From: an uncultured Actinomycetota bacterium
GTDB lineage: Bacteria > Actinomycetota > Actinomycetes > JAFAQI01
Assembly (NCBI GenBank): GCA_963814845.1
Contig: CAWFEP010000002.1
Span: 302,015 to 366,014 of the forward strand
DNA length: 64,000 nt
Reading direction: 5' to 3'
Below are positions 40,452-49,990 of the stretch, one piece after another. The notes beneath the pieces were generated by a model that had not been told where the DNA came from, did no database searches, and was given only the letters and a program-made list of their open reading frames with translations. The position numbers and the translations under genes were made by a program. Position 1 is the stretch's first letter. Each line of letters starts with the position of its first letter.

Positions 40452-41339
40452 ATGAAGGGCATCATTCTCGCCGGCGGCACCGGATCTCGGCTGTGGCCGA
40501 TCACCCGGGCCATCTCCAAGCAGTTGATGCCGGTCTACGACAAGCCGATGGTCTACTACCCGCTCTCGACGCTGATGATGGCCGGCATCCGCGACATCCT
40601 CGTCATCACGACCCCGCAGGACGCTGAGCAGTTCGGGCGGCTGCTCGGTGATGGCTCGGAGCTCGGCATCACGGTCAGTTATGCGGTCCAGCCGGAGCCT
40701 AAGGGGCTCGCCCAGGCCTTCACGATCGGCGCGGAGTTCATCGCCGACAACTCGGTCGCGCTCGTCCTTGGCGACAACATCTTCTACGGTTCCGGGCTCG
40801 GGTCGCGCCTGTCGACCCTCGCCGAAGTTGATGGCGGCCACATCTTCGCCTACCAGGTGGCAACCCCGTCTGAGTACGGCGTGGTGGAGTTCGACACAGC
40901 CGGACTCGTGATCTCGATCGAGGAGAAGCCAACTGTGCCGCGCAGCTCCTACGCCGTGCCGGGGTTGTACTTCTACTCCCATGACGTCGTCGAGATTGCG
41001 CGGTCGCTGACGCCGAGCGCGCGTGGGGAGCTCGAGATAACTGCAATCAACGACGCGTACCGGCAGCAGGGGCGGCTGCAGGTCAGTGTCCTGCCGCGAG
41101 GAACCGCCTGGCTCGACACCGGGACCTTCGCGAGCCTGGTGCATGCGTCGGAATTCGTTCGGGTGGTCGAGGAACGCCAGGGCATGAAAATCGGCTGCCC
41201 GGAAGAGATTGCGTGGCGTAACGGCTGGTTGAGTGACGATGAGCTGCGGGCGCAGGCCTCGATCTTGAGCAAGAGCGGATACGGCGACTATTTGCTGTCG
41301 TTGCTCAATGTCCGGACGCCCCGAGACCAATCACGATGA
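40452..41339 (+). CDS. rmlA: Glucose-1-phosphate thymidylyltransferase
   Basis: [57 protein letters not shown] is colinear with RmlA. It is divergent from rmlB with only ~25 bp between the start codons. Confidence 0.92.
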   Translation: MKGIILAGGTGSRLWPITRAISKQLMPVYDKPMVYYPLSTLMMAGIRDILVITTPQDAEQFGRLLGDGSELGITVSYAVQPEPKGLAQAFTIGAEFIADNSVALVLGDNIFYGSGLGSRLSTLAEVDGGHIFAYQVATPSEYGVVEFDTAGLVISIEEKPTVPRSSYAVPGLYFYSHDVVEIARSLTPSARGELEITAINDAYRQQGRLQVSVLPRGTAWLDTGTFASLVHASEFVRVVEERQGMKIGCPEEIAWRNGWLSDDELRAQASILSKSGYGDYLLSLLNVRTPRDQSR

Positions 41340-41935
41340 AGATCGAGGCGCTCGACATCCCGGACGCCTGGGTTTGCACGCCAGCGGTGCATGGTGATGA
41401 GCGCGGTGCTTTCGTGGAGTGGTTTCGCGGCGACTTGCTCACTGCCGCAACCGGCCGACGGTTTGAGGTCGTCCAGGCGAACCACTCCGTGTCGCGACGC
41501 GGGGTCGTGCGGGGCGTGCACTTCGCCGACGTGCCGCCCGGTCAGGCGAAGTTTGTCTATTGCCCGGTCGGCGCTTTTCTCGACATCATCGTTGATTTGA
41601 GGGTCGGCTCGCCGAGCTTCGGCGCGGTCGACTCGGTCGTGCTCGACGACGTCGATCGTCGCGCAGTCTTCCTCAGTGAAGGCCTCGGTCACGTGCTGTG
41701 CGCACTCCGAGAGGACAGCGCGGCGAACTATCTGGTCTCGACCGGCTACGACCCGTCGGCAGAGCACACCGTCTCGCCGCTCGACCCGGCGTTGCGGCTC
41801 CCGTTGCCCACTGACATTGGTGAATTGGTGCTCTCGGATAAGGACAGCGCCGCACCGACGCTTGCTCAGGCGCTCGAGCGCGGACTCCTGCCCAGCTATG
41901 AGAATTGTCAGGCGAGGTACGCCGCACTGGGCTAA
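41336..41935 (+). CDS. rmlC: dTDP-4-dehydrorhamnose 3,5-epimerase
   Basis: [10 protein letters not shown]...[15 protein letters not shown]...[20 protein letters not shown] is the cupin signature of RmlC. ATGA overlap with rmlA. Confidence 0.9.
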   Translation: MKIEALDIPDAWVCTPAVHGDERGAFVEWFRGDLLTAATGRRFEVVQANHSVSRRGVVRGVHFADVPPGQAKFVYCPVGAFLDIIVDLRVGSPSFGAVDSVVLDDVDRRAVFLSEGLGHVLCALREDSAANYLVSTGYDPSAEHTVSPLDPALRLPLPTDIGELVLSDKDSAAPTLAQALERGLLPSYENCQARYAALG

Positions 41936-42382
41936 TGCGACCGCTGCAAACTTGCTAGGCCGAACGTGGGACTGCAGTGAGACAACGTCACTCTCCCGCC
42001 GCAATTCGCTGCGCCGTACGGCTGTTTCGTTGGGCCGATTGCGACTCGATATCTCTGGAGTGAGTGAGTCAGGTGGGCCTCGGTTTGCACCGAGCATCGC
42101 CATGCAATTGCTAGTGGCCGGAGTGCCGCTGTCCTTGCTGATCGACCTGACCTCGCCTGACGGTCCGGACAGCGCCGTCATCAGCGCACGTGAGCGGCCT
42201 GACTCGACTGGCTAGTCGCCAGCGTGTTCGGCGTCGACCGCTGCGGTCCCACTGACTAGTGGGCGACTGCACATTTCTGCTGCTGTCCCATCGACGGGTT
42301 CAGTGGCGCACGAATTTTGCTGCGGCGCACTCTGCGTCCGTTAACAAGACAGATCGAAAGTGTGTCTCCATTGAGTACATCG

Positions 42383-43267
42383 ATGTCTACGCGTAACCAA
42401 AAGCTCGGCGCGATCGGCGTCGCAGCTTTCGCTGTGACCGGAGTAGCGGGCGCATGGGTCGGCACCGCGAGTGCGGCCGTGCCGGCAGCGACCGGACGGG
42501 TGCACGCTTGCTACAGCCCGCGGGGTGGCGACCTGCACTTCTACAAGTTGGGCCACCGCGCGGCTTCCTGCCCGAAAGGCTGGAAGACCGTCGTGTGGAA
42601 CTTCGCCGGTGCGACTGGCCACCGCGGGACTCGCGGCACGGCTGGAGTGAACGGTGCTCGCGGAACTGCTGGCGTGCACGGCACGCACGGCACGGCTGGT
42701 GCCAACGGCTCGCAAGGCATGACCGGCGCGCAGGGTGCTAGTGGCGCACAGGGTGCTAGTGGCGCGCAGGGTGTGCAGGGCGCAGTGGGCGCACAGGGCG
42801 CGGCCGGCACGAATGGCAACCAAGGCAGCACCGGTTCGCAGGGCGGTACGGGCTCACAAGGCGGTGCCGGGTCACAAGGCGGTGCCGGCTCACAAGGCGG
42901 TGCCGGGTCACAGGGTGCCGGTGGCACCGGCGGTGCACAGGGCGCTCAAGGTGCACAGGGCGCACAGGGAGCGGCGGGTGCTCAGGGCGCGCAAGGCGCA
43001 CAAGGCGCTCGGGGTGCGCAGGGCGCGTCCGGCGCCGCTGGCACGGTGCTGGCGACTGGAGCAACTGCTGACACCTCGACCGCGACCTGCCCCAACGGCG
43101 ACGTGGCAACCGGTGGCGGCTGGACCGGCGCGGGGGCCCTGTCATCGGCGCCTGTCGGCGGAAGCCTCGTGGCTTCGCCAACTGGATGGCAGGCTGTGGC
43201 CGCGGTGACCGGTAATGGTGGCGTGATTGCGTACGCGATTTGCGCGCCTGGCGCGCCACTCAACTAG
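42383..43267 (+). CDS. Secreted collagen-like (Gly-X-Y) protein, paralogue 1
   Basis: Signal peptide MSTRNQKLGAIGVAAFAVTGVAGAWVGTASA and a 2-Cys head ([37 protein letters not shown]). About 48 uninterrupted G-X-Y triplets follow, then a 2-Cys tail (TATCPNGDVATGGGW...VIAYAICAP). Confidence 0.85.
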   Translation: MSTRNQKLGAIGVAAFAVTGVAGAWVGTASAAVPAATGRVHACYSPRGGDLHFYKLGHRAASCPKGWKTVVWNFAGATGHRGTRGTAGVNGARGTAGVHGTHGTAGANGSQGMTGAQGASGAQGASGAQGVQGAVGAQGAAGTNGNQGSTGSQGGTGSQGGAGSQGGAGSQGGAGSQGAGGTGGAQGAQGAQGAQGAAGAQGAQGAQGARGAQGASGAAGTVLATGATADTSTATCPNGDVATGGGWTGAGALSSAPVGGSLVASPTGWQAVAAVTGNGGVIAYAICAPGAPLN

Positions 43268-43292
43268 TCAGAGTGGTCGCTGAGTCGATGGC

Positions 43293-43333
43293 GGCGGGCC
43301 GAAGCCGTGGTGCTTCTGGCCCGCCGTTTCGTT
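43293..43333. terminator. Bidirectional hairpin terminator between collagen-like gene 1 and the GT2-MT gene
   Basis: GGCGGGCC (43293-43300) / GGCCCGCC (43318-43325) with a 17-nt loop, followed by GTTTCGTT. Confidence 0.6.
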
Positions 43334-43357
43334 GCAGCGAGCAGATTGCGGTCGCCT

Positions 43358-44608
43358 TCAGCACAGCAATGGGCCGCCTTGGCGCGGTCCTTCCTTGATC
43401 GCGAGCAGGTTGGCCTTGACGTAGGGGATGTCGATGTCTTCGTGCACCGGCGACGGGTAGTAGGTGGTGAGGTGGCTGACCTGCCAGCGCGCCTTCAGGC
43501 TGGGGATGGTCGGGCGCATCGCGGCTTGAGTGAGATACATGAAGCTGTTCTCGTTGTAGAAGGCAACGTGGCTCGGGTCCTGGAAGGCGCCGCGCCCGTC
43601 AGTGCTCGCGGTGTCGGAGAGCATCAACCCGGCGTGACTCATCGCGCGGTATGCCTCGTTGAGGAACTGCGCTCGGTCCGGGACGCGTTGCAGGATGTCG
43701 ACGGCCTTGATCACCGCGACCTCGCCGTCCATGAAGTCCAAGCGAGTCTGGTTGGGGTCGATCATGACCGGCGTGTAGCGCTCGTCGAGCTCGATGTCGC
43801 CGACGTTGGTCGGTGTCCGCAAGGCGATGGACGCCAGCCCCGCTCGCGTGGCCGAGGCGAGCGCCATGTGTTCGATGTGCTCGAGATAAAGCTCGACCGT
43901 GCCGGCTTGGATCTCAGCATTGAGGGTCGGGTCGGACTGGGTGTTTCGCCGATGCACACGTTGCAGGTAAAGGCACTTGGGGATATGGACGAAATCGCCG
44001 ACCTCGTAGAGCCTGATCATCAGGTCGTGGTCGTCAAGTACGCCCAGCGTGGCGTCATAACCGCCAACCGACTCGTACGCCGTACGACGAAACGCTCGGA
44101 TGTGGTTCGGCGCATACCAGATGTAGCCAACGTTGTGCGGTGAGGCCGCCATGGTGTGGCAGCGCAAAAAGGTCGTGCCGTTCAGCGGCTCGGAGGTGTA
44201 CTCCCAGCCGTTGTCGAGGTTGAACTTGTCGTGATTCGGCGAACCGTCGTCGTTGATCTGAGCGAAGTCCGAAAACGCCAGCGTCGCCTTCGGATTCGAG
44301 ACCAGAGCATCGACGACTTCGGCGAGCGCAGTTGGAGTGAGGAGGTCGTCGTGGTCGAGCTCGACGAGGATTTCACCGGTGGCAAGCTCACACGCGGCGC
44401 TCTTGGCAGCGCCCACCCCGCGGATCCGGCCGACCGCGCGTTCGACCCGTACTCGTGGGTCGGCCGTTGGTGGTGACCAGCTGGTCACCTTGCCGTTCAA
44501 CAGCACGATCCACTCCCAGTCCGGGAAGGACTGCGCGGTCAGGCTGCGAAAGCAGTCGTCGAGAAATCGCGGGTTATGGGTTGGCGTGAAGACGGATACG
44601 CGTGGCAT
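43358..44608 (-). CDS. Glycosyltransferase family 2 fused to a class-I methyltransferase-fold domain (copy 1; SAM motif I degenerate)
   Basis: N-terminal half: VSVFTPTHNPRFLDDCFRSLTAQSFPDWEWIVLLNG...ELDHDDLL (GT-A DxD-type). C-terminal half: VIKAVDILQRVPDRAQFLNEAYRAMSHAGLMLSDT...DPSHVAFYNENSF. It aligns end to end with 46954..48222, with many identical positions by eye. Confidence 0.7.
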   Translation of the reverse strand: MPRVSVFTPTHNPRFLDDCFRSLTAQSFPDWEWIVLLNGKVTSWSPPTADPRVRVERAVGRIRGVGAAKSAACELATGEILVELDHDDLLTPTALAEVVDALVSNPKATLAFSDFAQINDDGSPNHDKFNLDNGWEYTSEPLNGTTFLRCHTMAASPHNVGYIWYAPNHIRAFRRTAYESVGGYDATLGVLDDHDLMIRLYEVGDFVHIPKCLYLQRVHRRNTQSDPTLNAEIQAGTVELYLEHIEHMALASATRAGLASIALRTPTNVGDIELDERYTPVMIDPNQTRLDFMDGEVAVIKAVDILQRVPDRAQFLNEAYRAMSHAGLMLSDTASTDGRGAFQDPSHVAFYNENSFMYLTQAAMRPTIPSLKARWQVSHLTTYYPSPVHEDIDIPYVKANLLAIKEGPRQGGPLLC

Positions 44609-44620
44609 CTCTATCGGGCC

Positions 44621-45277
44621 TCAGGACGGAGAGTCAGACGGCGTGGTGGTGGTCCCCCCCGGGTTCGGTGTCGAAGACTTCGTCGGGGTCGAGGCCGGGT
44701 TCTCGACTGCCTTCACCAGGGTCCGCAGGTGCTTCGGGATTTGGGTCAGCAAGGTGGGGTCCTCCCGGACGGCCAGCGCCATGTCTTTGACCCCGCGCTT
44801 CGGTGCACCGTGCTTCACCTCGAGCAGGCCGAGGTTGAGTGAGGCGGTTGGCGCGTTCGGCTGAAGCACGATGACCTGCCGGTACGTCGAGATCGCGAGC
44901 GTGGGGTCGCTTGTCGCGTAAATCGTGGCCTCGTTGTAGAGCGCCGGCACGTACTTCGGGTTGGCGGTCAACGCCGCGCCGTAGTAGGCCAACGCACCCG
45001 GGTTGTCGCCGGCGTTCTGGGCGATCACGCCAAGGTCATATTGGGCGTAGAAGTTGTTTGGTTGGGCTTTGATCACCTGAAGAAAAAGCTGCTTTGCCTG
45101 CGAGGTGTCGCCCTTCTTTTCGAGCGCGATCGCGGCATTGAGGGTCGTGCCAGGACTTGCCTTGTGCCCCCCGCTGCTGCCACTGCCGCAGGCGGTTGCC
45201 ACCGCGAGAATTGCGACCACGGCGAGCGACCAGCCTGCAGAACGTAGAGCGGATCTTCGGGTGGGGTGATGAGGCAC
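44621..45277 (-). CDS. TPR-repeat lipoprotein with Thr/Ser/Pro-rich tail
   Basis: Lipobox LAVATAC after a basic n-region. TPR-like repeats (AQYDLGVIAQNAGDNPGALAYYGAALTANPKYVPALYNEATIY). C-terminal ASTPTKSSTPNPGGTTTTPSDSPS. Its stop lies 12 nt upstream of the GT2-MT start (operon). Confidence 0.7.
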   Translation of the reverse strand: MPHHPTRRSALRSAGWSLAVVAILAVATACGSGSSGGHKASPGTTLNAAIALEKKGDTSQAKQLFLQVIKAQPNNFYAQYDLGVIAQNAGDNPGALAYYGAALTANPKYVPALYNEATIYATSDPTLAISTYRQVIVLQPNAPTASLNLGLLEVKHGAPKRGVKDMALAVREDPTLLTQIPKHLRTLVKAVENPASTPTKSSTPNPGGTTTTPSDSPS

Positions 45278-45462
45278 GGCGACTCTCCTGTCCGTTCCCG
45301 TGACGTTACCTTGGGCGCGCTCCGACGGCTGACTGACGCTCGAGCCACGGACGAAATCGGTCTAAAGCGATATGCGTGTTGCTACCAAATCGAACAGTAC
45401 AACTGTGTTGGAATGGCGAACGCGACACACGGGGTGTCGCCCTTCCAGACCTTGGGGCGTCA

Positions 45463-46824
45463 GTGGCATCAACGCGGGCAAGTCGTCGGCAGAAGATAGG
45501 CGCAGTTGGGGCGGCGGCAGTCGCAGTCACCGGCGCAGCAGGAGCCTGGATTGGCACCGCAGGTGCGGCGGTGCCGGCGGCGAGCGGCAAGATTTACGGG
45601 TGCTACAGCCCCAAACACGGCGACCTGCACTTCTTCACCAAGTCCACCCACAAGAAGAACTGTGCGGCGGGCTGGAAGACGGTTGTCTGGAACGTCAAGG
45701 GTGCTAAGGGCGCCAAGGGCGCGACGGGTGCCAAGGGCGCGACCGGCGCAAAGGGTGCGCAGGGCGCTGCTGGCGCGCAGGGCGCTGCGGGCACGCCTGG
45801 TGGGCCGCAGGGCGCTCAGGGCGCGACCGGCGCCCAGGGTGCAACTGGCGCGGCCGGCGCCCAGGGTGCAACTGGCGCTGCTGGCGCGCAAGGTGCGACC
45901 GGCGCTGCTGGCGCGCAGGGCGCTGACGGCGCGACGGGTGCTCAGGGTGCCGATGGTGCGCAGGGCGCTGACGGCGCGACCGGTGCGCAGGGTGCCGATG
46001 GTGCGCAGGGCGCTGACGGCGCGACCGGCGCGCAGGGTGCCGATGGTGCGCAGGGCGCTGACGGCGCGACCGGCGCGCAGGGTGCCGATGGTGCGCAGGG
46101 CGCTGACGGCGCGACCGGCGCTCAGGGTGCCGATGGTGCGCAGGGCGCTGACGGCGCGCAAGGCGCCCAGGGACCGCAGGGTAACGATGGCGTGACGGGC
46201 GCGCAGGGTGCCGATGGTGCGCAGGGCGCTGACGGCGCGACCGGCGCTCAGGGTGCTGACGGCGCGCAGGGTGCTGACGGCGCTCAAGGCGCAGCTGGTG
46301 CGCAGGGCTCGACCGGTGCTCAGGGCGCACAGGGCGCGACCGGTGCGGTAGGTGCGCAGGGCTTCCAGGGTCCGGTAGGCCCGCAAGGCGCCAACGGCGC
46401 CCAGGGTGGCAGCGGCTCGAACGGCTCTCAGGGTGCCAATGGCTCCCAGGGCGCGACGGGTTCTCAAGGTGCGACCGGCGGGGCCGGAGCACAGGGCGCT
46501 CAGGGTGCACAGGGCGCAGCCGGCTCCCAGGGTGCGCAAGGCGCCCAAGGTTCCCAGGGGCTGTTGCAAACCGTGACCGTTGTGACGTCGGCCGCCAGGT
46601 CCATCGGCGGATCCGGATCCCAGACGCAGACCGCGACCTGCCCGACGACCGCGCCGATCGCGACCGGTGGTGGCATCCAGGCGAGCAGCACGAACGTGCA
46701 CGACAGTTCCTCGTTCCCGACTGGCAGCAACACGTCCGTGAGCCCTGGTGGCTGGCAGGCCAGCGTCGAGAACACTGCCGGCGGAACGCAGACGCTGACG
46801 GTGTATGTGATCTGCGCGCCGTAG
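45463..46824 (+). CDS. Secreted collagen-like (Gly-X-Y) protein, paralogue 2 (longest intact)
   Basis: GTG start giving [35 protein letters not shown], and head [40 protein letters not shown]. About 287 residues of G-X-Y follow with one register break (GTPGGPQG), then tail [16 protein letters not shown]...TVYVICAP. Confidence 0.85.
   Translation: MASTRASRRQKIGAVGAAAVAVTGAAGAWIGTAGAAVPAASGKIYGCYSPKHGDLHFFTKSTHKKNCAAGWKTVVWNVKGAKGAKGATGAKGATGAKGAQGAAGAQGAAGTPGGPQGAQGATGAQGATGAAGAQGATGAAGAQGATGAAGAQGADGATGAQGADGAQGADGATGAQGADGAQGADGATGAQGADGAQGADGATGAQGADGAQGADGATGAQGADGAQGADGAQGAQGPQGNDGVTGAQGADGAQGADGATGAQGADGAQGADGAQGAAGAQGSTGAQGAQGATGAVGAQGFQGPVGPQGANGAQGGSGSNGSQGANGSQGATGSQGATGGAGAQGAQGAQGAAGSQGAQGAQGSQGLLQTVTVVTSAARSIGGSGSQTQTATCPTTAPIATGGGIQASSTNVHDSSSFPTGSNTSVSPGGWQASVENTAGGTQTLTVYVICAP
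45919..46143. repeat. Five tandem 45-bp units inside collagen-like gene 2
   Basis: The unit GGCGCTGACGGCGCGAC(C/G)GGTGC(G/T)CAGGGTGCCGATGGTGCGCAG (encoding [15 protein letters not shown]) is repeated head to tail five times with almost no variation. Confidence 0.9.
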
Positions 46825-46856
46825 CAAAACCGGCGGGCTTCGCGTGGTGCGAGGAC

Positions 46857-46899
46857 GGCGGGCTGGGAGTGATCGTGCTCCCGGCCCGCCGTTTTCGTG
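46857..46899 (+). terminator. Rho-independent terminator after collagen-like gene 2
   Basis: GGCGGGCTGGGAG (46857-46869) / CTCCCGGCCCGCC (46878-46890) with an 8-nt loop, followed by GTTTTCGTG. Confidence 0.7.
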
Positions 46900-46953
46900 G
46901 GGTGTTGTCGTATCTTCCTAGGTCGTGCGTGAAGCCAATTCCAGAGGTGGGCG

Positions 46954-48222
46954 TTGAGCATCGATCAGCCGAGGGTCAGCGTGTTCACGCCGAGCCACCG
47001 CAACACCTATCTCGACGAGTGTCTCGAGACGCTTCTCACCCAGACCTACGAGGACTGGGAATGGGTCGTGCTGCTCAACGGTGGTGCGAGGTGGCGTCCG
47101 CCGCACGATGATCCACGAGTGCGCGTGGTCGTTGCCGACGACCTCGGCGGTATCGGCGCAGTGAAACGGCACGCGTGTCTGATCTCCCGCGGCGAGTTCT
47201 TGGTTGAGCTTGATCACGACGACCTGCTCGCTCACCGCGCGCTCGCGAGGATCGTCGAGGCCTTCGATGCTCATCCCGAAGCTGGCCTGGTCTACAGCAA
47301 CTGCGCGCAGATCCTCGCCGATGGCAGCCGGGATGACTCGCGTTTCAATGAGGCCCACGGCTGGCTCTACCGGGAGGCCGATGTCGACGGCAGGCTGGTG
47401 TTGCAGACCGATGCGCTCGAACCGTCGCCGCACAACTGCAGCTACATCTGGTACGCCCCGAACCATGTCCGGGCGTTTCGTCGCACCGTGTATGACGCTG
47501 CGGGTGGTTACGACATCGAGCGCGCAGTCCTCGATGACCAGGATCTGATGTGCCGGATGTATCAGCAGGCTGACTTCCACCTGATCGACGAGTGCCTCTA
47601 CCTGCAGCGGATGCACCATCGCAATACCCAGCGCGATGCGGAGACGAACGCGACCATCCAGCTCGAGACCGTCGGGTTGTATGACCGCTACAACCAGCCG
47701 AACGCGCTGGCGTGGGCAAAGCGGTCCGGGCTCATGGCGCTCGACCTCGGCGCGGCCCATAACAAACCGCCCGGCTACCTCGGCGTCGACCAGTACGCCG
47801 GACCGGACGTGGACATCGTCGGAGATGTCACCCAGGGGATCGACCTACCGGACTCCAGCGTCGGGGTGATTCGTGCGGTCGACTTCCTGGAGCACGTCCC
47901 TGACAAGATCGCGATCTTCAATGAGTTGTATCGGCTGCTCGCGCACGGCGGCATGCTGCTATCGCTCACGCCAAGCACCGATGGCCGTGGCGCGTTTCAG
48001 GATCCGACGCACGTCGCCTTCTACAACGAGAACAGCTTTTGGTACTTCACCGATCGCACGTATTCAGAGTTCGTCCCGCCGATCAAGTGCCGGTTCCAGA
48101 CGAGTCGGATCGTGACGATCTTCCCGTCACCCTGGCACGAGGAGCACAACATCAGCTACGTCAACGCCAACCTCATCGCCATCAAGGAAGGCCCGAGGCA
48201 GGGTGGCCTCCTGCTGATCTAA
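46954..48222 (+). CDS. Glycosyltransferase family 2 fused to a class-I SAM-methyltransferase domain (copy 2; motif I present)
   Basis: PRVSVFTPSHRNTYLDECLETLLTQTYEDWEWVVLLNG...ELDHDDLL (GT-A). The MT half has ALDLGAAHNKPPGYLGVD, IRAVDFLEHVPDKIAIFNELYRLLAHGGMLLSLTP and DPTHVAFYNENSF. The TTG start is preceded by GAGGTGG. Confidence 0.7.
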   Translation: MSIDQPRVSVFTPSHRNTYLDECLETLLTQTYEDWEWVVLLNGGARWRPPHDDPRVRVVVADDLGGIGAVKRHACLISRGEFLVELDHDDLLAHRALARIVEAFDAHPEAGLVYSNCAQILADGSRDDSRFNEAHGWLYREADVDGRLVLQTDALEPSPHNCSYIWYAPNHVRAFRRTVYDAAGGYDIERAVLDDQDLMCRMYQQADFHLIDECLYLQRMHHRNTQRDAETNATIQLETVGLYDRYNQPNALAWAKRSGLMALDLGAAHNKPPGYLGVDQYAGPDVDIVGDVTQGIDLPDSSVGVIRAVDFLEHVPDKIAIFNELYRLLAHGGMLLSLTPSTDGRGAFQDPTHVAFYNENSFWYFTDRTYSEFVPPIKCRFQTSRIVTIFPSPWHEEHNISYVNANLIAIKEGPRQGGLLLI

Positions 48223-48242
48223 ACGGGTGAATTTCCCGTTCG
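48215..48242 (+). promoter_or_regulatory. Conserved 28-nt hairpin-containing leader motif, copy upstream of collagen-like gene 3
   Basis: TGATCTAAACGGGTGAATTTCCCGTTCG. AACGGG/CCCGTT can form a 6-bp stem. It is near-identical to 49963-49990. Function unknown. Confidence 0.5.
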
Positions 48243-48369
48243 ACACGTTTTGGCGATTTGCCGGGAGTCTTGCTCGTCGTGGCGATGTGTGCTACTCCTT
48301 ATCGCAAGACGCGCCTGGATCCCTGCTCGTCACTCCCAGAGTTTCGGAGTCGAGTGAGGGGTCTTTCCC

Positions 48370-49822
48370 ATGGCTAAGCACACCCAAACCAGTCGTCGCC
48401 GCAAGGTCGGCGCTGTCGGCGCTGCTGCGATCGCGGTGACGGGCGCGGCAGGCGCGTGGATAGGCACCGCGAATGCGTCTATCCCGTCGGCCAGCGGCAA
48501 GATTTATGGTTGCTACAACCCCAAGGGTGGCGACCTCCACGTCTACAGCAAGGGCAGCCGAGCACACGGCTGTCCGGCCGGCTTTAAGACCCTTGTCTGG
48601 AACGTCAAGGGCGCTAAGGGTGTGACCGGAGCCAAGGGCTCAACTGGCGCGCGAGGTGCAGCTGGCACGCAGGGCGCAGCGGGCACACAGGGTGCAGCCG
48701 GTGCACAGGGCGCTGCGGGCACACCGGGTGGTCCGCAGGGCCCGCAAGGCGCTCAGGGTGCACAGGGTTCGGTTGGCGGTGCCGGTGGGCAGGGCGCGCA
48801 GGGCGCGCAGGAGGTCCGCAGGGTGGTGCTGGCTCGCAGGGCAGCAACGGCGGTGTGGGTGCGCAGGGTGCACAGGGCTCGCAGGGCTCGCAGGGTAACG
48901 ACGGTGGCGCTGGCGGCCAGGGCGCGCAAGGCTCGCAGGGCAGCAACGGCGGTGCCGGTGGCCAGGGTGCGCAGGGTGCGCAGGGCTCGCAGGGTAACGA
49001 CGGCGGTGCGGGTGGGCAGGGCTCGCAGGGTGCGCAGGGCTCGCAGGGTAACGACGGCGGTGCGGGTGGGCAGGGCTCGCAGGGTGCCAGGGCTCGCAGG
49101 GTTCGCAGGGTAACGACGGCGGTGCCGGCGGCCAAGGTTCGCAGGGCGCGCAGGGCTCGCAGGGTAACGACGGTGGTGCCGGCGGCCAAGGTTCGCAGGG
49201 CGCGCAGGGTTCCCAGGGCTCGCAGGGTAACGACGGCGGTGCCGGCGGGCAGGGTTCTCAGGGCTCGCAAGGGTCGCAGGGTTCGCAGGGACTCGACGGT
49301 GCGCAGGGATTCCAGGGATTCCAGGGCTTCCAGGGCGCCACGGGCCCACAGGGCTTCCAAGGCTTCCAAGGCAGCCAGGGTGGCACCGGCTCGCAGGGCG
49401 GCACCGGCTCGCAGGGCGGCACCGGCTCGCAGGGCGGCACCGGCTCGCAGGGCGGCACCGGCTCGCAGGGCGGTGCTGGTTCGCAGGGCGGCACCGGATC
49501 GCAAGGCGCCCAAGGCGCCCAAGGCGCCCAAGGTGCCCGGGGTGCGCAAGGCTTCCAAGGCTTCCAAGGAGCAACCGGCGCACAAGGCCCAGTGGCGGGC
49601 ACCGGTCTTGTCGAAGAGACCAACGACGGCTCGGGCGACGTGACAGTGAACTGCCCAGTCGGAGACGTCGCAACTGGCGGCGGCTTCCTCAACTCGATGC
49701 AGGACGTCGTGGGGTCGTTCCCGAGTGGTGGAACCCCACCGACGAGCTGGACTGTCGATGCCAACGGCGACGAGTCAGTCACGGCGTACGTTCTCTGCCT
49801 GCCGGGCGGAGATCTCGGCTGA
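48370..49822 (+). pseudogene. Secreted collagen-like (Gly-X-Y) protein, paralogue 3; two 1-nt frame disruptions
   Basis: [36 protein letters not shown], with a head identical in pattern to paralogue 4. The G-X-Y tract continues across frame shifts at ~48810 (caggaggtcc) and ~49087 (ggtgccagggc). Tail GDVTVNCPVGDVATGGGFLNSMQDVVGSFPSGGTPPTSWTVDANGDESVTAYVLCLP. Confidence 0.8.
49379..49504. repeat. Seven tandem 18-bp units (GGTGSQ) inside collagen-like gene 3
   Basis: GG(T/C)GGCACCGGCTCGCAG is repeated head to tail. A longer 54-bp GNDGGAGGQGSQGAQGSQ periodicity is also visible across ~48895-49250. Confidence 0.85.
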
Positions 49823-49839
49823 GTCCGGATCGCGAGCAA

Positions 49840-49885
49840 GTGACGGCGGGCGGGGTCAGACCCTGTCCGCCGTCACTGCGTGTTG
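49840..49885 (+). terminator. Rho-independent terminator after collagen-like gene 3
   Basis: GTGACGGCGG (49840-49849) / CCGCCGTCAC (49867-49876), with an inner GGGTC/GACCC extension, followed by a T-containing tail TGCGTGTTGG. Confidence 0.65.
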
Positions 49886-49962
49886 GTCGATTGCGATGAC
49901 CGCCGTGCCTGCACCCGCTCTGAATCACTGCTGAGATCGCCGCTCAATAGGCGACTACCCGT

Positions 49963-49990
49963 TGATCTGAACGGGTGAATTTCGCGTTCG
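49963..49990 (+). promoter_or_regulatory. Conserved 28-nt leader motif, copy upstream of collagen-like gene 4
   Basis: TGATCTGAACGGGTGAATTTCGCGTTCG. It lies roughly 125-130 nt upstream of the start codon, as does the copy at 48215. Further shared islands (CTCCTTAT, GCCTGGA) follow. Confidence 0.5.

Noticed and set aside
38576-40519. A 647-aa ORF that looks like a natural RmlB-RmlD fusion enzyme
   Set aside because: The junction peptide (GIRCRACRDRAVVSRQRILVAATQSADL) is out-of-frame RmlB C-terminus. A 1-nt shift restores [27 protein letters not shown], with a stop overlapping a GTG start for RmlD (GTGA at 39445-39448). The N-terminal 31 residues of the ORF also lie upstream of the conserved [12 protein letters not shown] start. 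These are two genes, and the fusion is a frameshift artefact.
41288-42215. ORFs 41288..42181 (-) and 41676..42215 (+) in the rmlC / collagen-like gene 1 interval
   Set aside because: Both largely overlap the well-supported rmlC frame and give Arg/Ser-rich products without motifs. The remaining 41936-42382 stretch is better treated as the upstream non-coding region of collagen-like gene 1.
45469-46827. Long antisense and out-of-frame ORFs across the collagen-like genes (e.g. 45469..46827 -, 45506..46195 +, 45704..46510 -, 48614..49585 -, 48753..49673 -, 49873..50643 -, 42541..42927 -)
   Set aside because: Their products are low-complexity Arg/Ala/Pro/Leu strings generated by reading GC-rich GGN-NNN-NNN repeats in other frames. 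Only the Gly-X-Y frame connects a signal peptide, the conserved head and the conserved tail.
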